Source: Lepidodermella squamata (Eukaryota > Animalia > Gastrotricha). Taken from it: a stretch of DNA of 64,000 bases. Shown piece after piece: positions 1 through 12,621 of this stretch; within the stretch, counting starts at the first letter, position 1; the number at the start of each line of letters is the position of its first letter. The notes below the pieces were generated by a model, which was given only the letters and a program-made list of their open reading frames with translations, had not been told where the DNA came from and did not search any database. The stretch covers positions 4,500,989 to 4,564,988 of the forward strand of contig JBLDXI010000003.1 of the NCBI GenBank assembly GCA_047495785.1, given 5' to 3'. A program made the translations under genes and the position numbers.

Positions 1-1489
1 AAGCACGACCGTCTGCGCGACTTTAGCCTGCTGCCTCCAAAAGTGGCATACCCAGTAGCCTGCCTCCGCCACTATTTCCGAGTGAAAGAGGCCGACTCTG
101 ATAGCCTGCTGGAAAACGCCTATACGGCGATGGTGTGGATGGGCGACTCTACTCGGAACCTGGTATTTCGCGCTGATAAGCTACTAAGAGAAATTCATCG
201 TTGCTCGCCTCGACTACGCTTGTCCAACGTCAACGTCTACTGTGTGAAGATGTGAAGACTGTCGAATCTATTTCGGCTTACTACTCCTCTGACCATCCGT
301 TCATCGGGCCACATAGGCCGAAAGATGCCGCAGAAATATACTTCAGCCAGCCGCCAATAACTTCTCAGTTGCCAAGCCTCTGCAGATCGGATGGCCCTAT
401 TCTGATATCACAGAAACTCACAATGAGAAATATTAAGAACAATACTTGAAGGCCAGCCGGTTGCAAGCTGCGCGAACGAGCCTTGTAAAACAGAACTGGA
501 GCTTCAAATCGATTCATTACAACAGTATGTGCTGGTAAACGGGGATTTGAAGATGTTTCGAAGAATTTCGAAAAGTTATAGCATCAACACAGCTTATTAT
601 CCTCGGTTATCCCTCTTTTGTTATCTTCGTATCAAAAGAGATTATGCTTTTTATCAAGATTTGCCAACGAAATCATTATAGAATTACAGAAAATCAGATT
701 GAGGCACAGAGCCTAGTCGGCATGACCATAGAATAACGCCAAAATCCAGAGACATAAACGATTGAGCCATATTCTATCAAGATGTTTTCGCGAGCAATAT
801 CCTGTCTTCAAGGCGTTCCAGACCCTTCGACATCACTGCCTAGGCAGTAGCCCCTTATATATTGATTTCGACATGTAAAATCGATGCGGCTTGGTGCTTG
901 TTCCTGGTTTGGACAACATTGAAAGTTGAAAGGTTCAAATGATAGCCAGTTCAGGATCCCAGATGTGGAGGGCAAATAATAATTGGGACCTGTCGGGGGT
1001 GGTTTTCGGGGGTGGTCGCGGGCGTTTTTTTTGCTGTTTCAGCCGGTTCACAACTGACTCATTAGGTTTGAGACCACGAGTGTCTATACTCGTTATGTTC
1101 AGAATGTTACGCTCTACACAATGTTACGAATATTTTTCAGATATCTGAAATCGAATTCCCATTGAAATTACATCTGAATTTAGCATGCGGCAAACCATTA
1201 TACATTTCCGAAATTAAAATCAAAATATAAGAAAATTATGTTGATTTAGCTGATTTTGGCAAAACCTTATTTTTTAAGTAACTATTAATTAAACGATAAA
1301 GTGATAAAGTTTAATTTTTAGCAGTTGGCCCCCAGATGAGAAATGAGTGGGCGAACATCTTCACACCACTCCCTCGGCGATAATTGCGGTTACCTCTCCT
1401 CACAGTCTGTTATCAGTTCTGTTATCCATGGAGTATGGGTTCCATTAGGATGCTAAGCGGCCTATCCTTGATGTCTCGTTTTCAACGCA

Positions 1490-3548
1490 ATGTTTTCTAA
1501 AGCAAAGCCGAACATGAACGTTTCTTCAGATCAGAAGTCACGTGAAAAGTATGTCCCTCTTGTTTCGTTGCCAAGTATTGCATGTAGCCTGTTTTTGTCT
1601 AGATTAGCAGGATGTGTCTACGAATATCTCCAATTTGTCGGAGCGAAGAAAGCGGCCGAGCAGTTTTTGCAAGAGGTTTTATTTCTCATAATTTTTTTAG
1701 CGTGTATGTTCTGACTGTTCGCGTTACTCCAGGTTCCAATGGATCCGGCGGGCATTAAGCTCAATGAACCTCCTGGTTTTCTTGCCTCTTGGTGGTAGTA
1801 AGTTCTGGCATTATGATTTTATATTGCACACTTGAATTGTAGACATTTAATGTCAGCATTCAGCATGCCTTTTTGCTACTGGTATTTACGTGTTGTCTTT
1901 GTTTTCGCAGTGTATTTTGGGACCTATACAATGCTGCACCCGAAAGAAGGAGGGAAAATGAACATTCGATGGAAGCGAGAGCTTTTCAAGACTACGTATG
2001 CGTATAATTTATACATTGGAGTTATTAGCTGATCATTGTGACATTTTTCAGCTGAATCCAGGGAATCCATATCAAATGGGTCAACCTGGTATGCCTCCGG
2101 GCGCCAACATGATGGAAGTTCCTCCTAACTTCTACGGGATGGGGGTATGTATGAGGCGGAAGAATTATTGAGCATTATTAAACTACGCAATTTCTAATTA
2201 ACGGTTCAGCCTAACGCGATGCGACCCCCTTTACAACAAGCTCAGGGGCCTATGGCTGCTTTTCAGATAGGGCTCAATAATACTGTGGCTCAACAGCAAC
2301 AGCAGCAGCAGCAACAGGTCATGATGGGCGGCCCTCGATACGCGCGACCTCCTATGAGGATGGAATTGGCTCCCGGAGTTCCGAATCAACAGCAAAATAT
2401 GAATCCGGCCATGCATCGCGTGAGTCCGGGTGCAGCACGGATACCCGGCCCCGGTGCGCCTCCCAACGCCGTTCCTCCTTATGGTATGCAACGCCCTGGA
2501 ATGCCTCCTCAAAATGCTGGTCCAATGCCAATCGGCATGCCCCATAACCAAGGTCCACGACCGTGGCCTCCGATGGGGGGCAACAACGTGGCACCTGGTC
2601 CTTCAGCTTACTCGACACCTCCTCCTGGCTCGATACCTCCAGGGTATCCTCGTTTAACTCCGTCAAATAACGTTCCCTCTCAACAACCCAACGTCAATGC
2701 CCAAGGCATGCTCGCGAGTCCGGTGCAAGACATGCCACCTAATGGTAATGACATGTATACTAACGGCAATAATCAGATGGGCCATCCATTGCAACGGATG
2801 CCATCAGCCGGTCAAATGCAAAATGTGAGTAGCTATATTACTTGTTAGACATTTGTCTCTTTACTAAATCGATCTAGTCTTATATGCCTGGCCAAAACAT
2901 GGACATGATGAATAATCAACAAACCGGTGGTGGCATGTCCCAAGCGCCTACCCCGATGCAAGTATCTCGGGGTGGCCCACAAACACCTCAAGGTGGTATG
3001 CAGTTAAACGGCGATCAAATGGGAGTTATCATAAATGGTAACGGCACGAACGGCGATGGAATGAATGCAATGAACAAGGCTAGTCATAGCAACGGAAAGG
3101 GCCACCCGAACTCTGTGGCAGATCAAAATCAGAGCAATCCGCAGCAGGATGTCATGGGCAATCCTGGTGGTGAAATGCCTTTCAACATGTTTCCCAATGA
3201 CATGGTTAGCTTTTTAATTTGGATGGCGATTTACTATGTATGTTAATTGTATAGACTTTTCAGGAAGAAAATGAAGCTATCAAACGGTACAAGCAGCTTC
3301 TCCAAGACGATGTGCAAAAGCAGTTCGAAATAACCCCTGCAACCCGCAATCAGCTGACACCAGGCTCATCCGGTCCAAATTCTGTGCAAGCTCAACAACA
3401 ACCGGCTACCAACGGCGGCGGTGCACCGGGCGGTCTCGAACGGCCACTCTCCTCTGGCGGCGTCAACGGTGGGCCGGCCGACCCCTCACAAGGCGGTGGA
3501 ATGGGTGGGTCGTCCGGGCCTCTGGGCGATTACCTGTTCCAGGGTTGA
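1490..3548 (+). CDS. Ssdp: Single-stranded DNA-binding protein SSDP/SSBP2-4 family (LisH/LUFS domain, LDB1/Chip partner), 8 exons
   Basis: Exons 1490-1548, 1603-1675, 1733-1797, 1911-1995, 2052-2144, 2210-2824, 2878-3204, 3255(or 3264)-3548, all with GT-AG introns. The spliced N-terminus [73 protein letters not shown] matches the SSDP LUFS domain. It is followed by a P/G/M/Q/N-rich region. Confidence 0.95.
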
Positions 3549-4332
3549 AGTGCGCTCTCAAATGTGGATATCTGTCTGACTTCCTAGCGTTGATATTACT
3601 TGAGCAATTGATGATTCCGCCTTGTAAATAGCGCTATTATTTCTAGACGATCTGCGGGTTGCGGCGCGTTTATTTGTTTCGAAAGAGAGTTTTAGTTTTT
3701 TTTACACTTTTGATGATAATGATGAAACTTTCGGTCGGAGCGCACCCATCTTCTACCTATGCCTAGTTGCAGAACGTACGACTAGTTTACAGGACAAGCG
3801 GTTGTTCCACGTCTTTTCTTTAAACCTTCTTATTTTAATAACTGCGTTATTACGACGGGACAGAACGACGAGAAGACGACGGCGCAGCCGCCGCCACTCC
3901 TTGCTGCTTCTTCATTTTTACGATATGTCACACGTGTACACCTTGAGTATTCACTTCCGGCCAAGCTACGCCTGAAGTGAGACAACTGACATGCTCTGAA
4001 TACATTATGCATTTGTAAATATAAGCGAAATGAAGATGATATTCTCTATTCTATTATCGGGCTGTCAATTGAATGCTGGCATGCGCAATAATAATTTTGT
4101 AAAACGCTGTAAGTATTATATTCTGATAATAATAATACGCGCTGATTTTTTGATCTAAGCGGAGTTTTTGTGGAAATCTCCGCTCCGGCGCTACACGTTC
4201 CTCCGAGTCGCCGCGAGATTTATTGTGCCTTGTCTGACATGCCACCTTGCAAAATTATGATTTGAACTGTTGGAAATCGCGCGTTGGCTTTATCAAGGGG
4301 GATTTTATATGCGTATTATGCCTAGTAATAAC

Positions 4333-4610
4333 ATATCTCTATTCTATAAAGTCATCTGTGTATTTCAAGCTGCTTTACTCAAACCAGAAACTGACTGTCT
4401 GATCAAAGGAACCGATTTTTTTTAAATCAATGGAATTTTTGGAAATGATTGATACTAAACAACGACCACTGATTGACCATACAAAAGTTATACCAGTGTT
4501 TTACTGCGTTGCATTTCGCCGAGCGACCACTGCCGTCTGATGCCGATGTGTAACTCCATGTGACGTCCTACAAGCCGCAGTCGCATTGCATGCGCGTTAA
4601 GCTATAAATA
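4333..4610 (+). mobile_element. Possible degenerate non-autonomous Helitron-like element
   Basis: Starts ATATCTCTATTCTATAAA, has internal CTGACTGTCTG..GAACCGATTTTT, and ends with a short GC hairpin followed by GCTA. Pattern resemblance only; single copy in the window. Confidence 0.3.
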
Positions 4611-7600
4611 TCTCTTACTTCTATATTTTAAGCGCAGTCTCGTTCAACAAAACAACAAACGATATGCCACAGTCTTTTCGCCGCCATCTTTCTGGTATTT
4701 ATTGATAACTTTGTTGTTCTCGTTCTTGTTGTCATAATGTAATTGTATTGATAATAACAACAATTAATAAAACGCCTCGAAGTTCATTTTAAAACTGCGA
4801 TCTTTTTCAGCCGGTTTATTTGATGCATATAGTTTTCCAGTTCCTAAAGCACATTGATACAATGTTTACTTGAGTAATTTCAAGTTAATGTTAATATGCT
4901 GTCTAAACGAAAAACCTGACTCAGCCTGAGACACGAGGTATTCGTATACTGCAAGGATTGTACAATTTGTCAAAAGCTAAAGAGGTAATATTAGGCCAGC
5001 ACAAATCAATAGTTGTTATTGTGGAAATAAGCCGTTCACCTGTCAACTTGAAAAATACATGGAAACACTGTCCGCATCATGATACGACGAGAGCCTAAAT
5101 ATAATTTACCGACCGCGTTGAGCATAACTTGATTCTTGGGTGATGCGCTTATTTCGAAAGAAATGTTGAGGATTTGATTTAAAAGTATTCTTTCATGCAC
5201 CTTCCAGACATATTTATGTCACAAAATATCACAAAATAACCGTTCATACATGTTTTTTCCTTAAAATTGTGTTTGTAGCAAAACGATGATAAGGAGTTGG
5301 GGTCAGGGGTTAGGGTCAAGTCGAGTTTCGGTAATTAGAAAGCTCTACTTTTAGGGCATTTGCGCTTCACAAAGAACCATTTACAAGCGGAAAACAATGA
5401 CTACGTTATCGGAACCCGTTTTTGCTTTACATAAACCGAAAACTTGTCATGCGGCGTTTCCTTGATGTTTCCAGATCGAATTAGTTGAAAAAATATGTAT
5501 GAAAGATTGCACCCTTATTTAAATTGAAAAAGTCCATTGAAAGCTGTATTTTATCGTTGCGGGTCATAAAGTAACGTGTGAGCGCCTGTGACCCAGCGAT
5601 GGTCACCTTTATAGGGCGCCTTGCGATTATAAAAAATAGCCCTAAAAGCCGGCTAGTTTTCGTTTTCTATCCTTATTCGGTTGCGACATTTCTGGACATT
5701 TCTAGTTCAAAGGAACGAAAAAAATCCCTGGGGAAAAACGAGACAAAAACGAGGGGAAAGGTTAAGCAAAAAGCCACAACAAAGGAACCTCGTAGATTGG
5801 CCGGATTATATTGCACGCGCCGAAAGACAGCTTTCTTGCATGCTTTTCACACCGAATTAAAACTGAAGATGTTCCGTGATTCCTCCATTAAATTGTTTAA
5901 TAATTAAGCATTAGATCATTTATTTTTAAAAGAAAACATAATTTGTCAGCGAGGTGGAGAGATTTTAGCATGAGTAACCAGGCGCTTCCTGCCTAAAAGA
6001 AGTTTTATAACAAGTATCAGCGATATCAGGTCGGAACTTAGGGTTTTCCATATTTTGATCATTTTCTCACAATATCTTACATTGAAAAATCGAAAAGTGA
6101 AAAAGGAGTAATCAAAATATGAGAACCCCCTTACTGAAAATGATCGAGGTCAGATGATGGTTAAGAATTTTACAGGCTATCCGATGGTACCAATAAATTG
6201 AAAACTAAAAATACTATAGGGCAAAATTTCTTTGTCCAAAACATAATCGAATCTGCTTACCTGTTCAACCCATGGAGGAATAAACATTGTCTATTCCTGG
6301 TTGAATAGACCTGCACCTATTCCAGGTGCACTGGTAGGTACGGCGGGAGTGGAGTCAAATTGATCCTGTCCTGAACAGGCGCGGATCAGCTCATGCGAAA
6401 AAACCCAGAGAACAGAGAAAATACTCAGTTTTGAGAGAAATCGGAAAAAGGGCGATGAGCTCAGTGATTTCTCAGTTGACATTATTTTATAGTCTTGTAA
6501 TTTTGTGCCGTTTGCCACCTTCCTCATTTTCAGATTTTCAGAGAGTGAGGAGGAAACCAAAATATAAAAATGTAAGCTCATTCTGCTCGACTCAAGGTCG
6601 AAAACGACAATAAGCTATTGCTGCAATCATGAGGAATCGAGTGAGGAATCTTCGACAGATATCTGTCGTTTCAATCGAAGTTCAGCATTCGTCTTTCGCA
6701 TTAACGGTGAATTCTTTTCCGTCGTGATAATCTGATGGTGCATCTTTGCAAACAATCGGTTTGGTCTCTCGAAAACGCTTTCAACTGCATGAAATGCCAA
6801 GTTGATATGCTGATGGGCGAATTGCAAGGTTTGGTGCCAAAAACCAAACGATCAAATGAGAATAATGGTAATAGCATGAAAGCTAATTGTTGCGGTCCCT
6901 TGGCAAACAAAAATGTAACACCCAGTACAAATAACATTCCAAATATTATTCCAAATGTAACCAAAGAGCTGATGATTGATGTGTTCCATGCTATGTGGCC
7001 AAGTCTGATTGCACCGAAACATCGAAAAGGCGATCGCAGCAAACGCAAAGAAGGCTGCGATGATTGGATCCACCAAGGATTCTATACACCGGCCGTTGCT
7101 ATAATAATACGTTACATGGCCGTTACATGTCGCCTGCCGCGATCTTTGTTCCAACATTGGCACATTACCGTATTTGAAAGAAAAATGAAATATGGATTGA
7201 AGAGGAAGAATCACGGGCGTCACTAACATTCGGTCATCGGCAGGAGGAGAGACAGAACTGGGGTATCACATGAAATCTATATGTAAATGATTAATCACAA
7301 AGCAAATAAACTCAACAGAACCCGCCTAACATTGCTTTTACCGGCTAATACAACAGATAATACATAATACATATATACGGATTCTACTCACTCACGACGA
7401 CAGTCATCGTTCGAATGCTCTTCAGCAAATACCCATTTTGCCTCGCTGAAATCTATCGGCACTCCCTTAGTCTAGTACTGCTCTTTGTACCTGCACCACT
7501 TTATTCTTCTTGGATATTGGCGTTCGAAATTACATCAATAAGTTTATACATGTATTACATCTTCAATGACCGAGTATTGCATATATTTTAATTTTAGCAA

Positions 7601-9319
7601 TACTGGGCAATTTTCATAATTTAATTGCGGGATTTCGCCGCTGACCAGGCAGTTCCTACTACACTGATTTTCGGTGGTGATGCATTTTCGCCAAAAGCGA
7701 TATTGCATCTGCTATAGATGCGAAGTGCACTATTAGAAAATAATGCACTTTATTTTGTTTTACGTCCTTAAAATAAGAAATTAAAATTTCCCGCTTAATT
7801 GATCACACACCACGGAATGCAGGATAATAGGTATAAATAGGCGAACTCGAGGCGGCTAAGCATTATTTCAATGAGCCGAGACAGAATGTGGCGGTTTCAT
7901 GTAGCGAAAAATGTGTATTCACTCCGTTTGGAAAGGATCTTATCGCCTTTTTCGTTATACAAGCTTCAATTCACTTTTACTCGCCTTGGCTTATACACAT
8001 ACTTTTAGCTTTAAACAGGTCACGGAATGTGTTTTTCTTGAAAACGTGTTGTGCACTTTTCGAGCTCAAATTTCCCACGCTACATCCGCGCACAGCAATC
8101 GTGCAATTCTAAACGTAAGCACAGTTCGAAAATAGCGGCACCCACCTGCCCAGCACGCGGGAAGCGAACGAAATATATTAGAGTACCAAACTTCCGATAG
8201 ACTTATGACGATTTCATTTAGCAAATGCAATCCATCAGCGACGGCTGAAATTTCTTCTCAACGTGTTGCTTCCGAGAACAGCGTATTTGTGCCATTCGCT
8301 TCACTCAGTTTATTATACTTATATTGTTGTATGAATTCATTATCATCGATGAAGCCAAGAGCTACTACATCCATGCGCGTGAATGATGCTCAGACGTCAG
8401 ATGTCCGACGCATTCGGTAGTTGACTCCATAAACGCAGCTGAACAGCTTCATGGGGTTTTCACCAAAATGCAGGTTTGAAATAACCATTAAACGTCATCT
8501 GGCACACCCAACCACATGGCGGTTTATACGACTGTGTGGACCTTGCTTTTTTAGTTCGTGGCTACTATTTTCTAAAAACAAATATATGTCGTTGGCAGCG
8601 CGGCAGAAGTCGCCACTAGGCTGTTCGAGAACTGGCGGTAACAATTACCGCCAGAGTACTTGAACAACAGGCAACAGGTGCACATAAAAAGCACATAGAA
8701 GTCATTTAACGTGAACTGACATGCGAAAGGTATTATTTGCCATCTTGCAAAGTGCCATCACGTATCTTGCTGCAATATTCCTGATATTATGCTGCTCGCG
8801 TGGATTTACTATGCTCACCAAATTAAACATGTTAAATGACAAAAAAATAAAAAAAAGCCTAGTGGCGACTTCTACCTCGCTGCCAACGATGTCCTTTCCA
8901 TATGACTCAAAGTGGCGAACAGCTTACGAGTAAATAGGTAGATGCACTCTCTGCTGCTATTTATCCAAAAGTTCTTCGAAATTCGTTACCACTAAAAATC
9001 CACGATAATTTCCTAGGGATGATGTTCATATGAGCTAAATGCTATATTCGCCAAGATAGAGCCATATTTCGTTTACGTTGAAGAGAGTGCGCAAGCCTGA
9101 CTGGCATATCTACCAGATACAAACTTTATCCCTTCTATGTTTATAGATTACTTCAAGTTATAGTACTTTTATTTTTCCATCTAAACCACCGCTAACTCAC
9201 GAGGATTACACTCATCATCCTCGTTTCTGCGTTTGGCCTTCAGCGCTGTAGCGTCCATATGTTACTTGCATCGCATTACCGAATCAGAATTCACCACCTT
9301 ACTCGTCGTCTTCATCACT

Positions 9320-10468
9320 ATGAAAGCCGTGTACTTGATCGGGCGGAGTAATTCTTGCAAATTTTCAGCCGCAATACTCCTTGTGGTAGCCAGCTATCTT
9401 GTGACGAGCCTGCTCTTTCTCGGTGATGTCAGAATCGAGTCGCCGACTGGCGGCGCTGGCGATATCTTGGTGGAAAACACTCCTCTTGCTCGGCTAACGC
9501 GAAGGCGGAAATCGCCGACGAAAGCGTGCCCCGAACATTCCCCCGATCTTGTCGGCCCTCTCAATATTTCTTTTGATAGCGTGCCAACAATGCAGCAAAT
9601 TATCGACGAAAATCCGGATGTCGAGGCTGGCGGGCGTTTCCGTCCGGCAAGCTGTGTACCGACCCACTCGCGCGTTGCAGTCATAATCCCCTACCGATCG
9701 CGCGAGATGCATTTACGCGCTTTCCTCAGTCACATGCATCCGATTCTACGACGGCAACAGCTCGACTACGCTATATTTGTTGTCGAGCAGGCTGGAAATA
9801 CAACGTTCAACAAGGCAATGCTGATGAACATCGGGTTCAAGGAGTCGTCCGCTGCTGGGCATGGCGACGATGATAGTGCTGATGCATTCAACTGCTACAT
9901 TTTCCACGACGTTGATTTATTCACGGAGGACGACCGGGGCATTTACGCTTGCCGCGACAAGCCTTTCCACCTGACCGAATACCTCAAGCATCGGCAATAC
10001 GAACCCTATTCTTACATCGATGTGCTTTTTGGCGGCGCCGTTGCGATTCTACGCCGGCAGGTAAAAGCTTTTAAAGTAACTTGTGCAGTTCTATTCAAAT
10101 TTCATCATAATTTGTTGTAGTTTGAACTCGTGAATGGCTATTCGAACGTGTATTTTGGCTGGGGTGCCGAGGACGAGGATATGGGCTTGCGGCTAAAATA
10201 CGCTGGACTGAGCATAATAAAAGCTTCAGCGGACAGATATCGATATAGGATGTTCGAACACAGGCCAGATCGAGGCAACCCGCTCAATTCGTTGCGTCGT
10301 CAATTTTTGGCCAACGCAACTTTACGAATGCACATCGACGGGCTCAATTCACTTCGATACCGCCTGGTTAGCAAATCAGTACAGCCGCTGTTCACTCACT
10401 ATCTAGTCGACATTGATCCGACCGATGTTTTGCCAACCAGTCTGTTACAACAGATGAATAACAGATAA
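9320..10468 (+). CDS. Glycosyltransferase family 7 (beta-1,4-galactosyltransferase / bre-4-like beta-1,4-N-acetylgalactosaminyltransferase), type II membrane protein, 2 exons
   Basis: Exons 9320-10060 and 10121-10468 (60-nt intron GTAAAA..TTGTAG). N-terminal signal-anchor, then VAVIIPYRSR, FNKAMLMNIG, FHDVDL (DXD), LFGG, NGYSNVYFGWGAEDED and MFEH metal-binding motifs. The first in-frame ATG is 9320; the ORF track starts at a TTG. Confidence 0.93.
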
Positions 10469-10636
10469 TGATGATTGGGCGAAACAATATGTGTGTGCCA
10501 AAAATCGTGCTACTAGCTTTTTTAATTCTTATTTACTGATGAAAATTTTATTGAAAAAAGACGAAGATATCCCAGTTCAAAGCTGAAGAAAAAATGTGTA
10601 ATTAACGCGAGACACGTTCATCACTATTTACAAGTT

Positions 10637-12621
10637 TTACGAGTCGAAAAGGTCATGTGCCTCCGAAGCTGAAGTCATCATCATCTGTTCAGCTTCGAAA
10701 ATTCGCTTCGAGAATACAAATTCTGTCTCTCGTGGGATCTTGCGAATCAAGCCGCTGTCATCAGAATCGCTTAGAGCCAGCTTTGATGATGAGGGCGCGA
10801 GACCAATGACGTAGTTCTGAATGAGTCCAATGACGTAGCCGTTAACGAGCAATCGGCTGAACTGCTCACCTAAATTGCATTCAAAACGTTCATTTTTTCC
10901 GTATTTCAGTTTATTTAAATTCTTACCCGGGCAAGCGCGGCTTCCGAAACCGAAAGGTGCCATGTGGCTAGAATGATCGATTAGCTTTCCGTCGAACGGG
11001 TCAATCCAACGATCAACGCGGAAGTTCGACGGGTCGCCCCAGTAGGTATCGAAATGAAGGCTGCGATTGGAGCACCAAATCATCGTGTCACCTGGAATCG
11101 TGAATCCATTCAGTTTCATATCGCAATTTGTTTCATGGAGCACGGACAGCGGCAGCATTGATGAATGGCGGTATACCTCATTGAGAAACGCTTCGACGCG
11201 AACTAATCGGTGAATATCCAGACGACCAGGAGATTCAAACGGCTTCAAGTTCTGATAATAAATAGCATCATTAGATGAATTATCGAAAAGATCGAAAGAT
11301 CAGCTATCATCCATCATCTACGCACAATCTACGCATTATACAAATGGCTAGATTTTTATTATACAAGGAATGCTATAAGGGAATTTTTCATTTTAAATGC
11401 AAGACAGAGCTTTTTACCTTCTTTATTTCCTCTTGAAGACGGATCTGTTCATCCGGCATGTGCGCCAAGTAGTACAGCGCCCATAAAATTTGGTCAGGAA
11501 CACCTTTTAGCGCCCCCATCATAAGGTCGGTCAGGATGCGAGAAAATGTACAAAAATCCATTGGTTTTCCTGTAAAAATGAAAATAAATTGCAAAATTTA
11601 TGCAATGAATCAGCATCTCACCAAGCCTTTCTTGCTCAAGATAGTAGGCTATCATATCGTTTTCTGGCGATAATTCAGCTGACTCGCTGACGGTGAACAA
11701 ACGAGGTGGAGTTGGCGTGTCAGACATTGCTCGGCGCGTGCGTCCTGCCTTAACCTCAGGAGTGTGACTTACGACTTGACGTATCTGGCGGTTGCATTCC
11801 AACTCCTTCCTAGTGACGTTCTCCATAATATTCTGAATCGCAAACTCTGGCTCGTTTCCAATTGATAAGAATGCGTGAATTACTGGCATGCGAGACTTGA
11901 TGGCAAGTGTGAACAAGCTGTGATCGAACTGCTCCTCGCTCAAACGGACGATTTCAGACAGGTAAGTTTCGAAATCGTGCTGTGTCGGTCGGCGCCCGAA
12001 TAACAAGCTGTGCGTGATCCCGGCAATGCTGAGCAACAACTGGCGTCGAGGATTCCATGGCTCGCCACCATTCTCTTCAACGAGATCAAGAAAGTCACCC
12101 AGCTCTTCGTCAATTTTCCCCACAGCTGAACCATCGAAAATGCCAAAATTTTTCATCACCTTGGCAACCCATCGACGAATCACTCTAGCCTTATCGCTCG
12201 AAGCCAATGCAAGTCCGGTTTTCGTACCACGCAACAGAGCAAGGTTTTTCGGGCGATCAATTACCGAATGATTGGAACCTGGAAGCAGTGTATTCATTGC
12301 ATCGACTATGGTTTCGCGATCCGATAAAACGACAACGCCAGGTTTCGACGAGCCGAAATACAGCGAAACTACATTACCGTAGACATTTTGCAGCATTTTC
12401 GCAAGCTTACGCGACTTGGGAAAACGAAGCAGAATCATTGGAACATTTCCGAATAGCGGTAGGCGAAGCGGACCAGGCGGGTAATTTCGCCGGTATGATA
12501 CAATCAACGCTCCAACATACCACGTGAGAAGCAAAGCCAGAAGTGTAGCTGAGACATTCGCGTAGCTCGCAAAGCTGTCAGACACCGCGTAAAACAACCG
12601 ATAAAATTCAGCCAAAGCCAT
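10637..12621 (-). CDS. Cytochrome P450, microsomal, clan-2-like, with atypical I-helix, 4 exons
   Basis: Exons 12621-11622, 11569-11418, 11251-10927, 10869-10637. N-terminal TM anchor, PPGPLRLPLFGN hinge, K-helix EVYR (ExxR), meander FRVDRW, heme motif FGFGSRACPG. Confidence 0.92.

Noticed and set aside
5298-5320. Telomere-like GGGTCAGGGGTTAGGGTCA
   Set aside because: Only one exact TTAGGG; too short to call an interstitial telomeric array.
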